NCBI GenBank assembly: GCA_965662845.1
Contig: CBFIJD010000007.1
Span: forward strand, 15,904 to 79,903
Length of the DNA stretch: 64,000 nt
Source: an uncultured bacterium
GTDB lineage: Bacteria > SAR324 > NAC60-12
Direction of reading: 5' to 3'
The notes beneath the pieces were generated by a model. The model searched no databases, was not told where the DNA came from, and saw only the letters and a list, made by a program, of their open reading frames with translations. Positions 18,352 through 30,966 of the stretch are shown here, one piece after another; the first letter of the stretch is position 1, and the number at the start of each line of letters is the position of its first letter. The translations under genes were made by a program, and so were the position numbers.

Positions 18352-18666
18352 TCAGGCGTTGATCGCTGAGATTTTGACTAACGTATATGGCTGACGGTGC
18401 CCGTTCTTGCGGCGGTATCCTTTGCGGCGTTTGCGCTTGAAGACGATGACTTTTCGATCTTTCATGTGCTCCACAACTTCGCCCTGTACTTTCGCGCCTT
18501 CTACCACGGGAGTCCCGATGCGGGCTTCGCCCTGCTCATTCTCAAAAAATAGTACCTGATCCGTCTCAAACGCATCTCCTGGCTCCGCCTGCATGAGGTC
18601 TAGGCGGACGACTTCTCCTGGTACGACCCGGTGCTGCTTTCCGCCGGATTTGATAATTGCGTACAT
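18352..18666 (-). CDS. rplU: 50S ribosomal protein L21
   Basis: MYAIIKSGGKQHRVVPGEVVRLD... is canonical L21. The track ORF begins 4 codons earlier at 18678. Confidence 0.9.
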   Translation of the reverse strand: MYAIIKSGGKQHRVVPGEVVRLDLMQAEPGDAFETDQVLFFENEQGEARIGTPVVEGAKVQGEVVEHMKDRKVIVFKRKRRKGYRRKNGHRQPYTLVKISAINA

Positions 18667-18745
18667 TCTGTTCCTCAAAGAGAAAGTTCAAAAACTTTGC
18701 AAGATAAGACAGTTCCTTAGGGATGACAAGCCTTTTTCTCTTTGG

Positions 18746-20035
18746 TTACTCGCTTGAAGCCCGCACATAGACAACTTGTCCGTCTCGCACATAGCTGATG
18801 ATCTGCGCAGACGCTTTTTTGAACAGCTCACCGGCCTCGAAGAAAACAACCTGAAACGGCAGCTCTTCTCCTTCGCGCAGGTCGCGGTTGATCTCGTTGC
18901 GGCCGTAGCGAGCTTTGTATTCCTCTTGAATGCTGCTCACGCTCCGCTCTGTCAGCTCTTGACGCGAGAGCACAACCCCCGCGTACACAATTTCGCTCTC
19001 CAGCATTTTTTGATTCTCATCAAACGCCAATCCTTTGAGCCGGATCGAGGAGAGATTGGCCGAGTCGGCAAAGTTGGAGCGTACGGTTCCCGTCATCACA
19101 TAAATCGCTTGCCTGCTGAAGCGGTTGCGGAGCTTTTCCACTTTGAGGGGCCCAACAAACTCGAACTGGTGCGACTGCACTCCAATCAGACGCGAGAGCA
19201 GGGGCGAGTCCACCATGTGCAGGTATCCTCCGGTCCATAAGATGAGCAGCACGCCCAAACTCGCGACGGTGCTCATCAGAGTCAGGCGCCCCCAAGGCAC
19301 TCGCTCCTCTTCAAGCGGGCTTTCGACGGCAGGAGTAGAGGTCTTGTTCCTTGACCCCGCCGCTTCTGCTGCTCTGACCGCGGCGCTCTTTTGAGGAGGT
19401 GGGGGGGCTGCCACAGCTTCGGTCATTGGGTTGAGGGCTGGGGGTTCTGTTGGCAGCGTTTCATCTTCTTTGAGCAACCCCGACAAGTCGGCTTTCGTGC
19501 CAGTTTCAAGGGGCTCTGGTGGCGAGTCGTTCAATACCCTCTCGAAGAAGCCGAGGCTCTCCGGTTCGTTCGGCAGAGAGGTTGAGGCAGGCAGAGCCGG
19601 CTCTTCGATTGGAGCGTCTGCGGCGGCATCAAGGGGCTGATCTTCGAGAGAAGGCGGCTGCGGTGGCATCACAAATTCACCGTTTGTCGTGTCTTTTCCG
19701 GGGGGCAAGGGAACTCCCAGCAGGGAGCGGAGCTCGGCGAGTTCTTCAGCAGAGGCTGGTTCTTCTGAGACGTCTTCGGCTTCTGCTGTGGGCTCGTGCG
19801 CCCGAGTGGAGCGTTGCGCCTTCGGCAGCTCGGTTGATTGCTGATATGCGGCTTCGCCTTCGGGGGATGTCAAGGTCTCCAGTGATTCGGTGCGGACACT
19901 CGCCGCGCGGTACGAGACTCCCCCTGGCAGGGGAATCGCCTGTTGACAGTGCAGACACGCGATCGACGTTTGATCTGGCGATGGGTCAGGCTGCAATTGA
20001 TAGCGACGATGACAGTCTGGACACTGAATCAGCAT
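18746..20035 (-). CDS. Zinc-ribbon membrane protein (N-terminal CPxCx(n)CxxC zinc ribbon, Pro/Glu-rich linker, one TM helix, C-terminal DUF3426-like domain)
   Basis: The N-terminus is MLIQCPDCHRRYQLQ...CLHCQQAIPLP. There is a long P/E/A-rich low-complexity stretch. The TM helix is LTLMSTVASLGVLLILWTGGY, followed by a C-terminal globular region. Confidence 0.5.
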   Translation of the reverse strand: MLIQCPDCHRRYQLQPDPSPDQTSIACLHCQQAIPLPGGVSYRAASVRTESLETLTSPEGEAAYQQSTELPKAQRSTRAHEPTAEAEDVSEEPASAEELAELRSLLGVPLPPGKDTTNGEFVMPPQPPSLEDQPLDAAADAPIEEPALPASTSLPNEPESLGFFERVLNDSPPEPLETGTKADLSGLLKEDETLPTEPPALNPMTEAVAAPPPPQKSAAVRAAEAAGSRNKTSTPAVESPLEEERVPWGRLTLMSTVASLGVLLILWTGGYLHMVDSPLLSRLIGVQSHQFEFVGPLKVEKLRNRFSRQAIYVMTGTVRSNFADSANLSSIRLKGLAFDENQKMLESEIVYAGVVLSRQELTERSVSSIQEEYKARYGRNEINRDLREGEELPFQVVFFEAGELFKKASAQIISYVRDGQVVYVRASSE

Positions 20036-20121
20036 GGCAGGATTTCACAGAAGGGCTGAGGGCAACGCAAAGGTAGATGACGCTAACGAAGGTCAACCAG
20101 AGATGCCAGTCTTTTCTTTGA

Positions 20122-20790
20122 CTACAAATGATTGCGATGTGACCACCACGTCACCAGCTCCGAGGGGTGGTCTATCAAATGCTGAGCGCCGTGTTCTCGT
20201 AGCTCAGCGGCGTCTCTGAATCCCCATGTTGCGCCCATCGGGAGACAGCCGGCGTTGCAGGCCGTCTGCATGTCGATCGAGGTGTCGCCCACAAAGCACA
20301 TTTCTGAAGGTTCCACGCCGAGCTGCTTCGCGATTTCATACACGCCGACGGGGTCTGGCTTGCGGGCAATCCCCTCACGCTGTCCGAACACGACCGCCCA
20401 AGGCCACTTCCCTAAGAACTCCGAGACACACTCTTGTGTGAAGGCGTCGGGCTTGTTGGAGAGCACGGTGATGGGGACTTGCCACTCCGCAAGTTGATCT
20501 AGCAGTTCTGCCACTCCGTCATACAGCGTTGTGCGCTGATTCCAACACTTGCTGTATTCAGCGTGAAACGCGTCTAACAAGGCCACTTGCCGCTCAGGAG
20601 TGCGCAGCTCGGCGGGCAAGACTTTTTCAATCAAGCGCGCAGCGCCTTCCCCCACAAATTGATTGTATGCTTCCACCGGATGGGTCGGGAGACGCTGCGC
20701 CTGCAACACCGTGTTAGTGGCGTGTGCCAAATCCTCCAGCGTATTGAGAAGCGTGCCGTCCAAATCAAAACAAATCGCCTGTAACTTCAT
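20122..20790 (-). CDS. HAD-superfamily phosphatase (phosphoglycolate phosphatase-like)
   Basis: MKLQAICFDLDGTLLNT is HAD motif I, and ...FVGDTSIDMQTACNAG is motif IV. The track ORF starts 6 codons earlier. Confidence 0.75.
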   Translation of the reverse strand: MKLQAICFDLDGTLLNTLEDLAHATNTVLQAQRLPTHPVEAYNQFVGEGAARLIEKVLPAELRTPERQVALLDAFHAEYSKCWNQRTTLYDGVAELLDQLAEWQVPITVLSNKPDAFTQECVSEFLGKWPWAVVFGQREGIARKPDPVGVYEIAKQLGVEPSEMCFVGDTSIDMQTACNAGCLPMGATWGFRDAAELREHGAQHLIDHPSELVTWWSHRNHL

Positions 20791-20914
20791 GCAACCTCTA
20801 AGAAACAATTTTGGGAAAAGTGGGCCCTCGCTGGGTCATGTGAGGGAGGTTTTCAGCTCAGAAGTACCTGAAAATAGAGACGATTGCACGGAATTGCACA
20901 TCGATCAACACCAC

Positions 20915-20930
20915 TTTTGTTCGAACAAAA
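20915..20930. promoter_or_regulatory. Perfect 16-bp palindrome TTTTGTTCGAACAAAA in the divergent promoter region between the HAD phosphatase gene and the atp operon. A direct repeat ATTGCAC(N3)ATTGCAC lies at 20883-20899.
   Basis: Read directly from the sequence. I consider it a candidate operator site. Confidence 0.3.
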
Positions 20931-21053
20931 AGGCGCTTGACCACCGTTAAGAAACTGTGATACCTAACCACCCGTTCGCTCACGAATATTTTCTCCAAAC
21001 GAGAAGTTTGTCACAAACCAAGATTTTTCTCACAGACCATTGACAGGGCAACG

Positions 21054-21533
21054 ATGGATTACAAAGAGGCGATACTAGAGAATGCGTGGGGCGGCGTTGC
21101 CATGGATTACGGCCTGCTCCACATCCAACTCGCAACCCCAATCATCACCTTAGTGATCATCTTCGTTGTTTACCGCGCGCTCAACGCCCTCTTGTTTCAG
21201 CCAGTGCTCCGCACGCTTGAGAATCGCGAACAGATTACGGCTAACAGCCGCAACAAAGTCGCTACACTGACGCAAGAGATGGCGCAGTTGTCAGCCGAAC
21301 TAGAAGCTAAAATCCACGACGCACGAGCCGAAGTCTCTCACGCAATGAACGAAGCGTACGAAGAAGGGCACCAAAAGCGTGAAGAGCGCATCATGATAGA
21401 ACGTCAGAAACTTACGGATGAACTGGCGAAAGCTCAGCAACAGCTGCAGAAAGAGACTGCGCAAGCACGTGTGACCCTGCAAAAGATGACGGAAGATCTC
21501 GCAGAGCAAACTACAGCCCGCCTACTCAGTTAA
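21054..21533 (+). CDS. atpF2: F0F1 ATP synthase subunit b' (b-like)
   Basis: A TM helix is followed by LNALLFQPVLRTLENRE, the b-subunit motif, and then a long charged helix. It is the first of two b-type genes. Confidence 0.7.
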   Translation: MDYKEAILENAWGGVAMDYGLLHIQLATPIITLVIIFVVYRALNALLFQPVLRTLENREQITANSRNKVATLTQEMAQLSAELEAKIHDARAEVSHAMNEAYEEGHQKREERIMIERQKLTDELAKAQQQLQKETAQARVTLQKMTEDLAEQTTARLLS

Positions 21534-21587
21534 CCCACCTACCATTCACCATCCGCCTATAACCCCTCAACCGAGAAAGGATTCATA

Positions 21588-22166
21588 ATGCGAAAGAGAG
21601 CCAAAATGTGTGGTTTTCTGACCGCCGCTCTCTGGTGGGCTCTCCCACTATGGGCAGCCGATGGCGGAGAAGCGCATGGCGGTTCCTCGATGGATTTCCT
21701 CTGGAAAATCGTCAACACCGCCATCCTCGTTGGGATTCTCTACTACTTCGCTCGCAAACCTGTCGCGCAAGCCATGGGCAAGTCCGCTGCCGACGCGAAG
21801 AAAACCATCGAAGAAGCTCAGGCCGCCGAGAAGCAGATTGAAGCAGAGCTCACCAACGCCAAAGAGCGCCTCGCCAACATGGAGAAAGAGGCTGAGGAGA
21901 TGGTCTCAAAAGCAAAGGAACGCGCTGAGCTTGAGAAGCAACGTCTGATCGAAGAAGGGGAAGAAGAAGTTCGGCGCATGACGGAGCACGCCCGCTTCAC
22001 CATTGACCAAGAATATCGTAAGGCAGAATACGAGCTGCGCCAGTGGGTCGCTGGGGCCACCGTTGAGCTGGCTGAGCAGAAGCTCAAGAGCAGCATCAAC
22101 GCAGAGCAGCAGAAGAAACTTGCCCAGAATTTCCTCCAAAACTTTCAAAATGGAGAAGTTTCATGA
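21588..22166 (+). CDS. atpF: F0F1 ATP synthase subunit b
   Basis: The TM segment FLWKIVNTAILVGILYYFARKPV is followed by a long E/K-rich helix. Confidence 0.8.
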   Translation: MRKRAKMCGFLTAALWWALPLWAADGGEAHGGSSMDFLWKIVNTAILVGILYYFARKPVAQAMGKSAADAKKTIEEAQAAEKQIEAELTNAKERLANMEKEAEEMVSKAKERAELEKQRLIEEGEEEVRRMTEHARFTIDQEYRKAEYELRQWVAGATVELAEQKLKSSINAEQQKKLAQNFLQNFQNGEVS

Positions 22167-22717
22167 GCCAGATGGTCATCGCCAAGCGCTATGCCAAGGC
22201 TCTCGCTGGGCTAGCCCAACAACAAAATCAACTTGAGCAAGTTGATACAGAACTGCAGGACTTTGCCGAAAGTTTTGCGCAAGCGCCAACCCTGCGCGAA
22301 AGCCTAACGGACAACCGTCTCCCCCTCCAAACTCGCACCCAACTCTTGGGAGAGGTCCTCACGCAAATGAAGGTCACTCCGCTGGTCTCTACCTTTCTGC
22401 GCTTCCTCCTCAACAAGCGCCGCATGGAGCTGGTACCAGACATCGCTAAGGCCTTCGCTGATTTCCGTCAGGAGCTGATGGGCATTGTGCAGGCCGAGGT
22501 GATCGTCGCCAAAGAACCGCGCAGCAAAGAGAGCAAAGACATCCTGCAGCAAATTCAGGATCAACTCTCAGCCTTCACGGGCAAAACTGTGAAAATCAAC
22601 GTCACTGTGGATCCTTCCATCATCGGCGGCATCGTGGCCCGCATCGGTTCGGTGATGATCGACGGAAGCATCCGCAACCAACTTGTTCAAGTCCGTCAAT
22701 CGATCATCAGAGGTTGA
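22163..22717 (+). CDS. atpH: F0F1 ATP synthase subunit delta (OSCP)
   Basis: MSQMVIAKRYAKALAGLAQQ is an OSCP-family N-terminus. The start overlaps the atpF stop by 4 nt. Confidence 0.85.
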   Translation: MSQMVIAKRYAKALAGLAQQQNQLEQVDTELQDFAESFAQAPTLRESLTDNRLPLQTRTQLLGEVLTQMKVTPLVSTFLRFLLNKRRMELVPDIAKAFADFRQELMGIVQAEVIVAKEPRSKESKDILQQIQDQLSAFTGKTVKINVTVDPSIIGGIVARIGSVMIDGSIRNQLVQVRQSIIRG

Positions 22718-24232
<1,515 letters not shown>

Positions 24233-24294
24233 ACTGATTCCAGCCATCTACTGCCCGGCTACTGTGGTTGGGCAGGTCTCCGAGTTAAAATCGA

Positions 24295-26596
<2,302 letters not shown>

Positions 26597-26625
26597 TGTT
26601 CACCATCTAACGAGAAAGCAACGTC

Positions 26626-27063
26626 ATGGCGACACCGCTCCAATTGGAGGTCCTCACTCCACGACGCCGTCTCATTCAAACGGAAGCCGAACAGGTGACG
26701 TTACCCGGCCAAGTTGGGGAACTCGGCGTGCTGCCACAGCACATCCCACTCGTCACTATGCTGAACAGTGGTGTCTTGAGCTACTCCACCAACCAGCAGC
26801 GCCACCACCTCGCGGTTCAAGGTGGATATGCCCAAGTCGAAGCCGACCAAGTCATCGTCTTGGTTGAACAAGCTGAGGCTGCAGAAGATATTGACCTGAG
26901 CGCAGCTCAAGAGTCGGAAAGAGACGCTCAGGAACACCTGAAACAGCTGATCAGCGCGCCTCCCGAAGACGGAGACTACGACGCGCAGCAGCGCCGTGTC
27001 AGCCAATACGAAACGCAGCTGATGTGGGCTCTGGCTCGTCAACAAGTCGGCAACCTCAAGTAA
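26626..27063 (+). CDS. atpC: F0F1 ATP synthase subunit epsilon
   Basis: MATPLQLEVLTPRRRL...VTLPGQVGELGVLPQHIPLVT is canonical epsilon. Confidence 0.9.
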   Translation: MATPLQLEVLTPRRRLIQTEAEQVTLPGQVGELGVLPQHIPLVTMLNSGVLSYSTNQQRHHLAVQGGYAQVEADQVIVLVEQAEAAEDIDLSAAQESERDAQEHLKQLISAPPEDGDYDAQQRRVSQYETQLMWALARQQVGNLK

Positions 27064-27072
27064 GTCTCCACG

Positions 27073-27091
27073 GCCCTGCTCTCTGCAGGGC
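27073..27091. terminator. GC-rich hairpin GCCCTGC-TCTCT-GCAGGGC between convergent atpC and rlmE. It could act as a bidirectional intrinsic terminator.
   Basis: A 7-bp perfect stem was read from the sequence. The T/C-rich tract follows on the plus strand. Confidence 0.4.
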
Positions 27092-27105
27092 TCTCCTCTC
27101 ATCGC

Positions 27106-27714
27106 TCAGTCAGCTTCCTCATCGACGGCCCTCATCTTCTCGCCAAGCAAAAAAATCTCTACGCTTTCATTCCGCGAACTCTTAGGTTTGCAGGTCTTCA
27201 CGTTCATGAACATGCGCCGAAAATCCGCTCTTAGCTTCTCGAAGGGAGCCCCTTGGAACGCCTTCACCAGCAACGATCCTCCTTGCTTGAGATGCTGTTG
27301 GGCCAGCCAGAGCACTTGCTGATTTAGAGCGTAAGAGCGATCGGCATCCGCAGCGCGTACACCACTCGTTTTCGGAGCCATATCGCTCAAAATTACATCA
27401 AATGGCTCCTGCCACCAGTGCTCGTCGCTGGTGTCGAGCGCAAAGACATCCGCTTGAACGACCTCCGCGTTTTGCGGCAGCGCCAATGTCACAGGTTGCA
27501 AATCCACTCCTAACAGGCGCCCGCGCTCTCCGATTTGCTTCAACGTGTATTGCATCCATGAGCCAGGACAGCACCCCACATCGAGCACCTTCTGACCGCT
27601 CCGCAACAGACCATGCTTGCGGTTGATCTCTTCGAGTTTGTAGGCAGAACGCGCAACATATCCGTCGCGCTTGGCTTGTTTGAAATAGTGATCCTGCACT
27701 TTTTTCATGGGCAT
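27106..27714 (-). CDS. rlmE: 23S rRNA (uridine2552-2'-O)-methyltransferase RlmE (FtsJ)
   Basis: Contains MPMKKVQDHYFKQAKRDGYVARSAYKLEEI...VLDVGCCPGSWMQY, the FtsJ-family SAM-binding motif. Confidence 0.88.
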   Translation of the reverse strand: MPMKKVQDHYFKQAKRDGYVARSAYKLEEINRKHGLLRSGQKVLDVGCCPGSWMQYTLKQIGERGRLLGVDLQPVTLALPQNAEVVQADVFALDTSDEHWWQEPFDVILSDMAPKTSGVRAADADRSYALNQQVLWLAQQHLKQGGSLLVKAFQGAPFEKLRADFRRMFMNVKTCKPKSSRNESVEIFLLGEKMRAVDEEAD

Positions 27715-27804
27715 GGCTGGGACAGAGGGTTGTTGATTTGCCTTTTCAAACGGATTTCCGTAGAAATTTGGTCTTTATTTGTTCCGCTCAACGAAAGGAG
27801 AGTT

Positions 27805-28176
27805 ATGGACTTCAAAGTTGCAGGTCTCACTCCGGCGAGTTTCTCTGATTATCTGGACACCAGCCGCTCCAACGGGATTTCTCCGATTTCCATGCAGGAG
27901 ATCCGAACCCTGCGCCAGAATTTTGAACGCGAGTGTGAGCCTCTACGAGCTGCGCTGGGGCCTGTAGAACACCAAACGATGCTGGTGACGATGTATGAAG
28001 GGACAGAAAAGCTCTTGAACCAACGACTGCCGACATTTGCCGTCCACGCTTTTTTGGAGGACTTGAAACTCAGCGCCCAAGAATTGCGACAACAAGGGAT
28101 CTCCGATCGCGAGTTTCGTCAACAGCTCATGCAAGACACCCAATCTAAGCTCCAAAGCCTCCTGAACAACGGCTAA
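27805..28176 (+). CDS. Hypothetical protein (123 aa)
   Basis: An AAAGGAGAG Shine-Dalgarno sequence lies 5 nt upstream of ATG 27805, within the longer track ORF 27613-28176. I recognise no domain. Confidence 0.5.
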   Translation: MDFKVAGLTPASFSDYLDTSRSNGISPISMQEIRTLRQNFERECEPLRAALGPVEHQTMLVTMYEGTEKLLNQRLPTFAVHAFLEDLKLSAQELRQQGISDREFRQQLMQDTQSKLQSLLNNG

Positions 28177-28256
28177 CTCTCTCCCGCTTCTGCTTGCATT
28201 CCCCTCCTGCCTCGCTATTCTTATTGGCTTTTTTGCCACACCTTCTCTAGCTAGCA

Positions 28257-28697
28257 ATGCACCTGCGCTTTTCTACGCCTGTTACGGCGCCTGTCTCGGC
28301 AGTCTGGGACGGCTTCACCAGAGAGCTTTTCCTCGCCTTATCTCCTCCCTTTCCTCCCGTTCGACTCTTGCGCTTTGACGGATGCAAGCAGGGAGACGAG
28401 GTTCATTTGGAGCTGCGCTTTGGCCTGCGCAACGAGCGCTGGGAGAGTCGCATCGTCGAAGAGTCCCACTCGCCAGAAGCCTCGCTCTTTGTGGACGAAG
28501 GAACCCGTCTGCCTTTCTTTCTCAAGACGTGGCGTCACGAACACCGGATCGAAGCGACGGAGACGGGGGCGTTGATCGTGGATCAGATTGAATATAGCGC
28601 CCCGTTTCATATGCTCGACTACCTGCTGTGGCCCACGCTTTGGCTGCAATTTCGCTATCGCCGTCCCATCTATCAACGCCACTTCGGCAAACCTTGA
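28257..28697 (+). CDS. Hypothetical protein, possibly with an SRPBCC (START/Bet v1-like) fold
   Basis: 146 aa. It has weak resemblance to polyketide-cyclase/SRPBCC proteins (...W...F....R...), and the fold assignment is speculative. Confidence 0.35.
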   Translation: MHLRFSTPVTAPVSAVWDGFTRELFLALSPPFPPVRLLRFDGCKQGDEVHLELRFGLRNERWESRIVEESHSPEASLFVDEGTRLPFFLKTWRHEHRIEATETGALIVDQIEYSAPFHMLDYLLWPTLWLQFRYRRPIYQRHFGKP

Positions 28698-28711
28698 CAG
28701 ATTGTTTGTTC

Positions 28712-29875
28712 ATGCTGCTGATTCGTTCTCTCACGGCGCTTTGCGGCGTGTTCTCAATTTTTGGATCTTTTGCTTGGGCGACTCAAGGAGTCACCGACCA
28801 AGAAATCCGCGTCGGTACACACACCGCGTTGAGCGGGCCAGCGGCGGCGTGGGGGCTTGGATCTGTCCGCGCGATCCGCTTTCACTTTGACGAAATCAAC
28901 GCCCAAGGAGGCGTGCACGGCAGAAAGCTGCGCCTCATCGCAGAAGATCATCAATACCAAGTCGTCCGCGCTCGTCAGGCCGCTAACAAACTCATCCGCA
29001 ACGACCAAGTCTTTGTGATGCTCTCCGCGCTGGGCACGAGCATGAACAACGTCGCGTGGCCGCTACAAGCGCAATACGAAGTGCCGAATTTGTTTCCATA
29101 TACGTCTGCGCGCTCGATGTCTGAACCGTTGCATCGACTGAAATTCACGGCAAGCGTTTCGTATTTTGCACAAGCGAGCGCGACCGTACGTTATTTTCAA
29201 CGGCAAGGCTATGAGCGCTTCTGTCTGATGCACCAAAACACCGACTATGGACGCGAGGCACTGGAGGGAGTGGAAGCAGAATTGCAGTCACAGGGGCTCT
29301 CGCTCACAGCAGTGGCCGCCCACAGCCCAACCGAGACCAACTTTCTCAACACGTTGCTTCGCCTCCGCGCACAACAATGTGAAGTCCTCTTGTTAGGAAC
29401 CATCCTCGGCGATACGATCCGGATTCTGAAAACGCGTCACCAGCTCCAGTGGGAACTCCCCACCGTTGGGAACGTCTCTGCCTACGATCAACTCATTGTG
29501 GAACAGGCGGGTGAGGCTGCCGAAGACTTTTATGCGACCGCTTCCATCGAGATGCTCTACGCAGATGCGCTGCCCACTCCAGAGAGCAAGCGCTTCTTTG
29601 CGAGCTATCGGCAGCAACATGGGGAGTCTCCAAACAACGCGGTGCAAATGGCCTATTTCTACGCTCGTATTTTCACTCACGCGCTGCGGCAGGTTGGCCC
29701 CACATTGACGACGGCAGCGCTCGTGCAAACCCTGGAATCCATGAACGACTATCGTGATCCGCTGGGAGGGCCAACGCTGCAATTTGGACCAAATGATCAC
29801 GCTGGCATCGAAGCGCCGCTGCTCGCCCAAATTCGCAACGGGCGCTGGATCACGGTCACGTCCACTCTGCCCTGA
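28712..29875 (+). CDS. Periplasmic binding protein, branched-chain amino acid/LivK family (type I PBP). It is an orphan.
   Basis: The signal peptide is MLLIRSLTALCGVFSIFGSFAWA. IRVGTHTALSGPAAAWG...INAQGGVHGRKLRLIAEDHQYQ is the hallmark LivJ/K-type N-terminal lobe. Confidence 0.7.
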   Translation: MLLIRSLTALCGVFSIFGSFAWATQGVTDQEIRVGTHTALSGPAAAWGLGSVRAIRFHFDEINAQGGVHGRKLRLIAEDHQYQVVRARQAANKLIRNDQVFVMLSALGTSMNNVAWPLQAQYEVPNLFPYTSARSMSEPLHRLKFTASVSYFAQASATVRYFQRQGYERFCLMHQNTDYGREALEGVEAELQSQGLSLTAVAAHSPTETNFLNTLLRLRAQQCEVLLLGTILGDTIRILKTRHQLQWELPTVGNVSAYDQLIVEQAGEAAEDFYATASIEMLYADALPTPESKRFFASYRQQHGESPNNAVQMAYFYARIFTHALRQVGPTLTTAALVQTLESMNDYRDPLGGPTLQFGPNDHAGIEAPLLAQIRNGRWITVTSTLP

Positions 29876-29881
29876 GCACTT

Positions 29882-30949
29882 ATGCAAACCTTACGCGTTC
29901 TCTTGACTGGCGGCGGGTCTGGCGGCCCAACCACTCCACTGATTGCTGTCGCTGAAGTCTTTCGACAAGACGACTCTGCGGAAGTCCGCTTTGTCGGTAC
30001 AAAAAATGGCCCTGAACGACAAATGGCAGAAGCCGCAGGGATTCCGTTTTGTGCCATTCCCTCTGGAAAACTCCGCCGCTATTTCAGCTGGCAGAACTTC
30101 ACCGACCCCTTTCGGATTCTGATGGGCGCAGGCTATGCGCTGGGACATCTGCGCGATTTTCAGCCGCATGTGATCGTCTCTGCGGGGAGCTTTGTGAGCG
30201 TCCCGGTGGCTGCGGTGGCCAAGCTGCTCAGAGTGCCGCACGTCTGTCTACAAATGGACGCGCTGCCGGGCTTGGCCAACCGCCTGATGGTGCCCTTCAC
30301 GACGGCGATGGCTTATTACTTCCCCACGTCTGAAGCTGCGTTTCAAAAAGTACCGCGCCGAGAGCACGTCGGGCCTGTGGTACGCAGCGCGATCATCCAG
30401 TCCAAAGCGGAACGCGCGAACGCGCGCTTCGGGCTCGATCCCCAGCGTCCTCTGCTCCTGGTTACTGGCGGCGGGCAGGGCTCTGCCGGCCTCAACCAAG
30501 CCGTCACATCGGTGCTCCCGTTGTTGCTGGAGCGCTTTCAGGTTGTGCACCTCACGGGCAAAGGGGGGGAAGCCGCGCCACCTCAGGCGGGCTATCAGGC
30601 TCTGGAGTTTGTGCACGAAGGCATGGGGGACTTACTGGCTCGTAGCCAACTGGTCGTCACCCGCGCGGGGCTCGGTATTTTGGGAGAGCTCGCGGCGTTG
30701 GGGAGAGATGTTGTGCTGGTTCCGCTGCCGAACAGCCATCAAGAGCAGAACGCCCGCGCGATTGTGGAGCAAAACGCGGCGACGCTGCTGCCGCAAGCGG
30801 AGTTTCAGGGCAATGGAAGCGCTTGGTGGCGTGCGTTTCTTGAGACCTACACTCCCCACGACACCGGACAACGCTTGCTCTCTTTCTGGCCTCCACAGGG
30901 TACGGAGGCTTTCGTCACTTTGATTCGCGATGTCGCGAAGACTCATTAA
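29882..30949 (+). CDS. MurG-like GT28 glycosyltransferase (UDP-GlcNAc transferase family)
   Basis: The N-terminal G-loop is LLTGGGSGGPTTPLIAVAE; the canonical MurG loop is GGTGGH, so the His is missing here. The C-terminal LVVTRAGLGILGELAALGRDVVLVPLPNSHQEQNARAI matches the MurG UDP-GlcNAc-binding region. The gene is not in a dcw cluster. Confidence 0.6.
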   Translation: MQTLRVLLTGGGSGGPTTPLIAVAEVFRQDDSAEVRFVGTKNGPERQMAEAAGIPFCAIPSGKLRRYFSWQNFTDPFRILMGAGYALGHLRDFQPHVIVSAGSFVSVPVAAVAKLLRVPHVCLQMDALPGLANRLMVPFTTAMAYYFPTSEAAFQKVPRREHVGPVVRSAIIQSKAERANARFGLDPQRPLLLVTGGGQGSAGLNQAVTSVLPLLLERFQVVHLTGKGGEAAPPQAGYQALEFVHEGMGDLLARSQLVVTRAGLGILGELAALGRDVVLVPLPNSHQEQNARAIVEQNAATLLPQAEFQGNGSAWWRAFLETYTPHDTGQRLLSFWPPQGTEAFVTLIRDVAKTH

Positions 30950-30966
30950 CTTTACAGGGGATCAAC

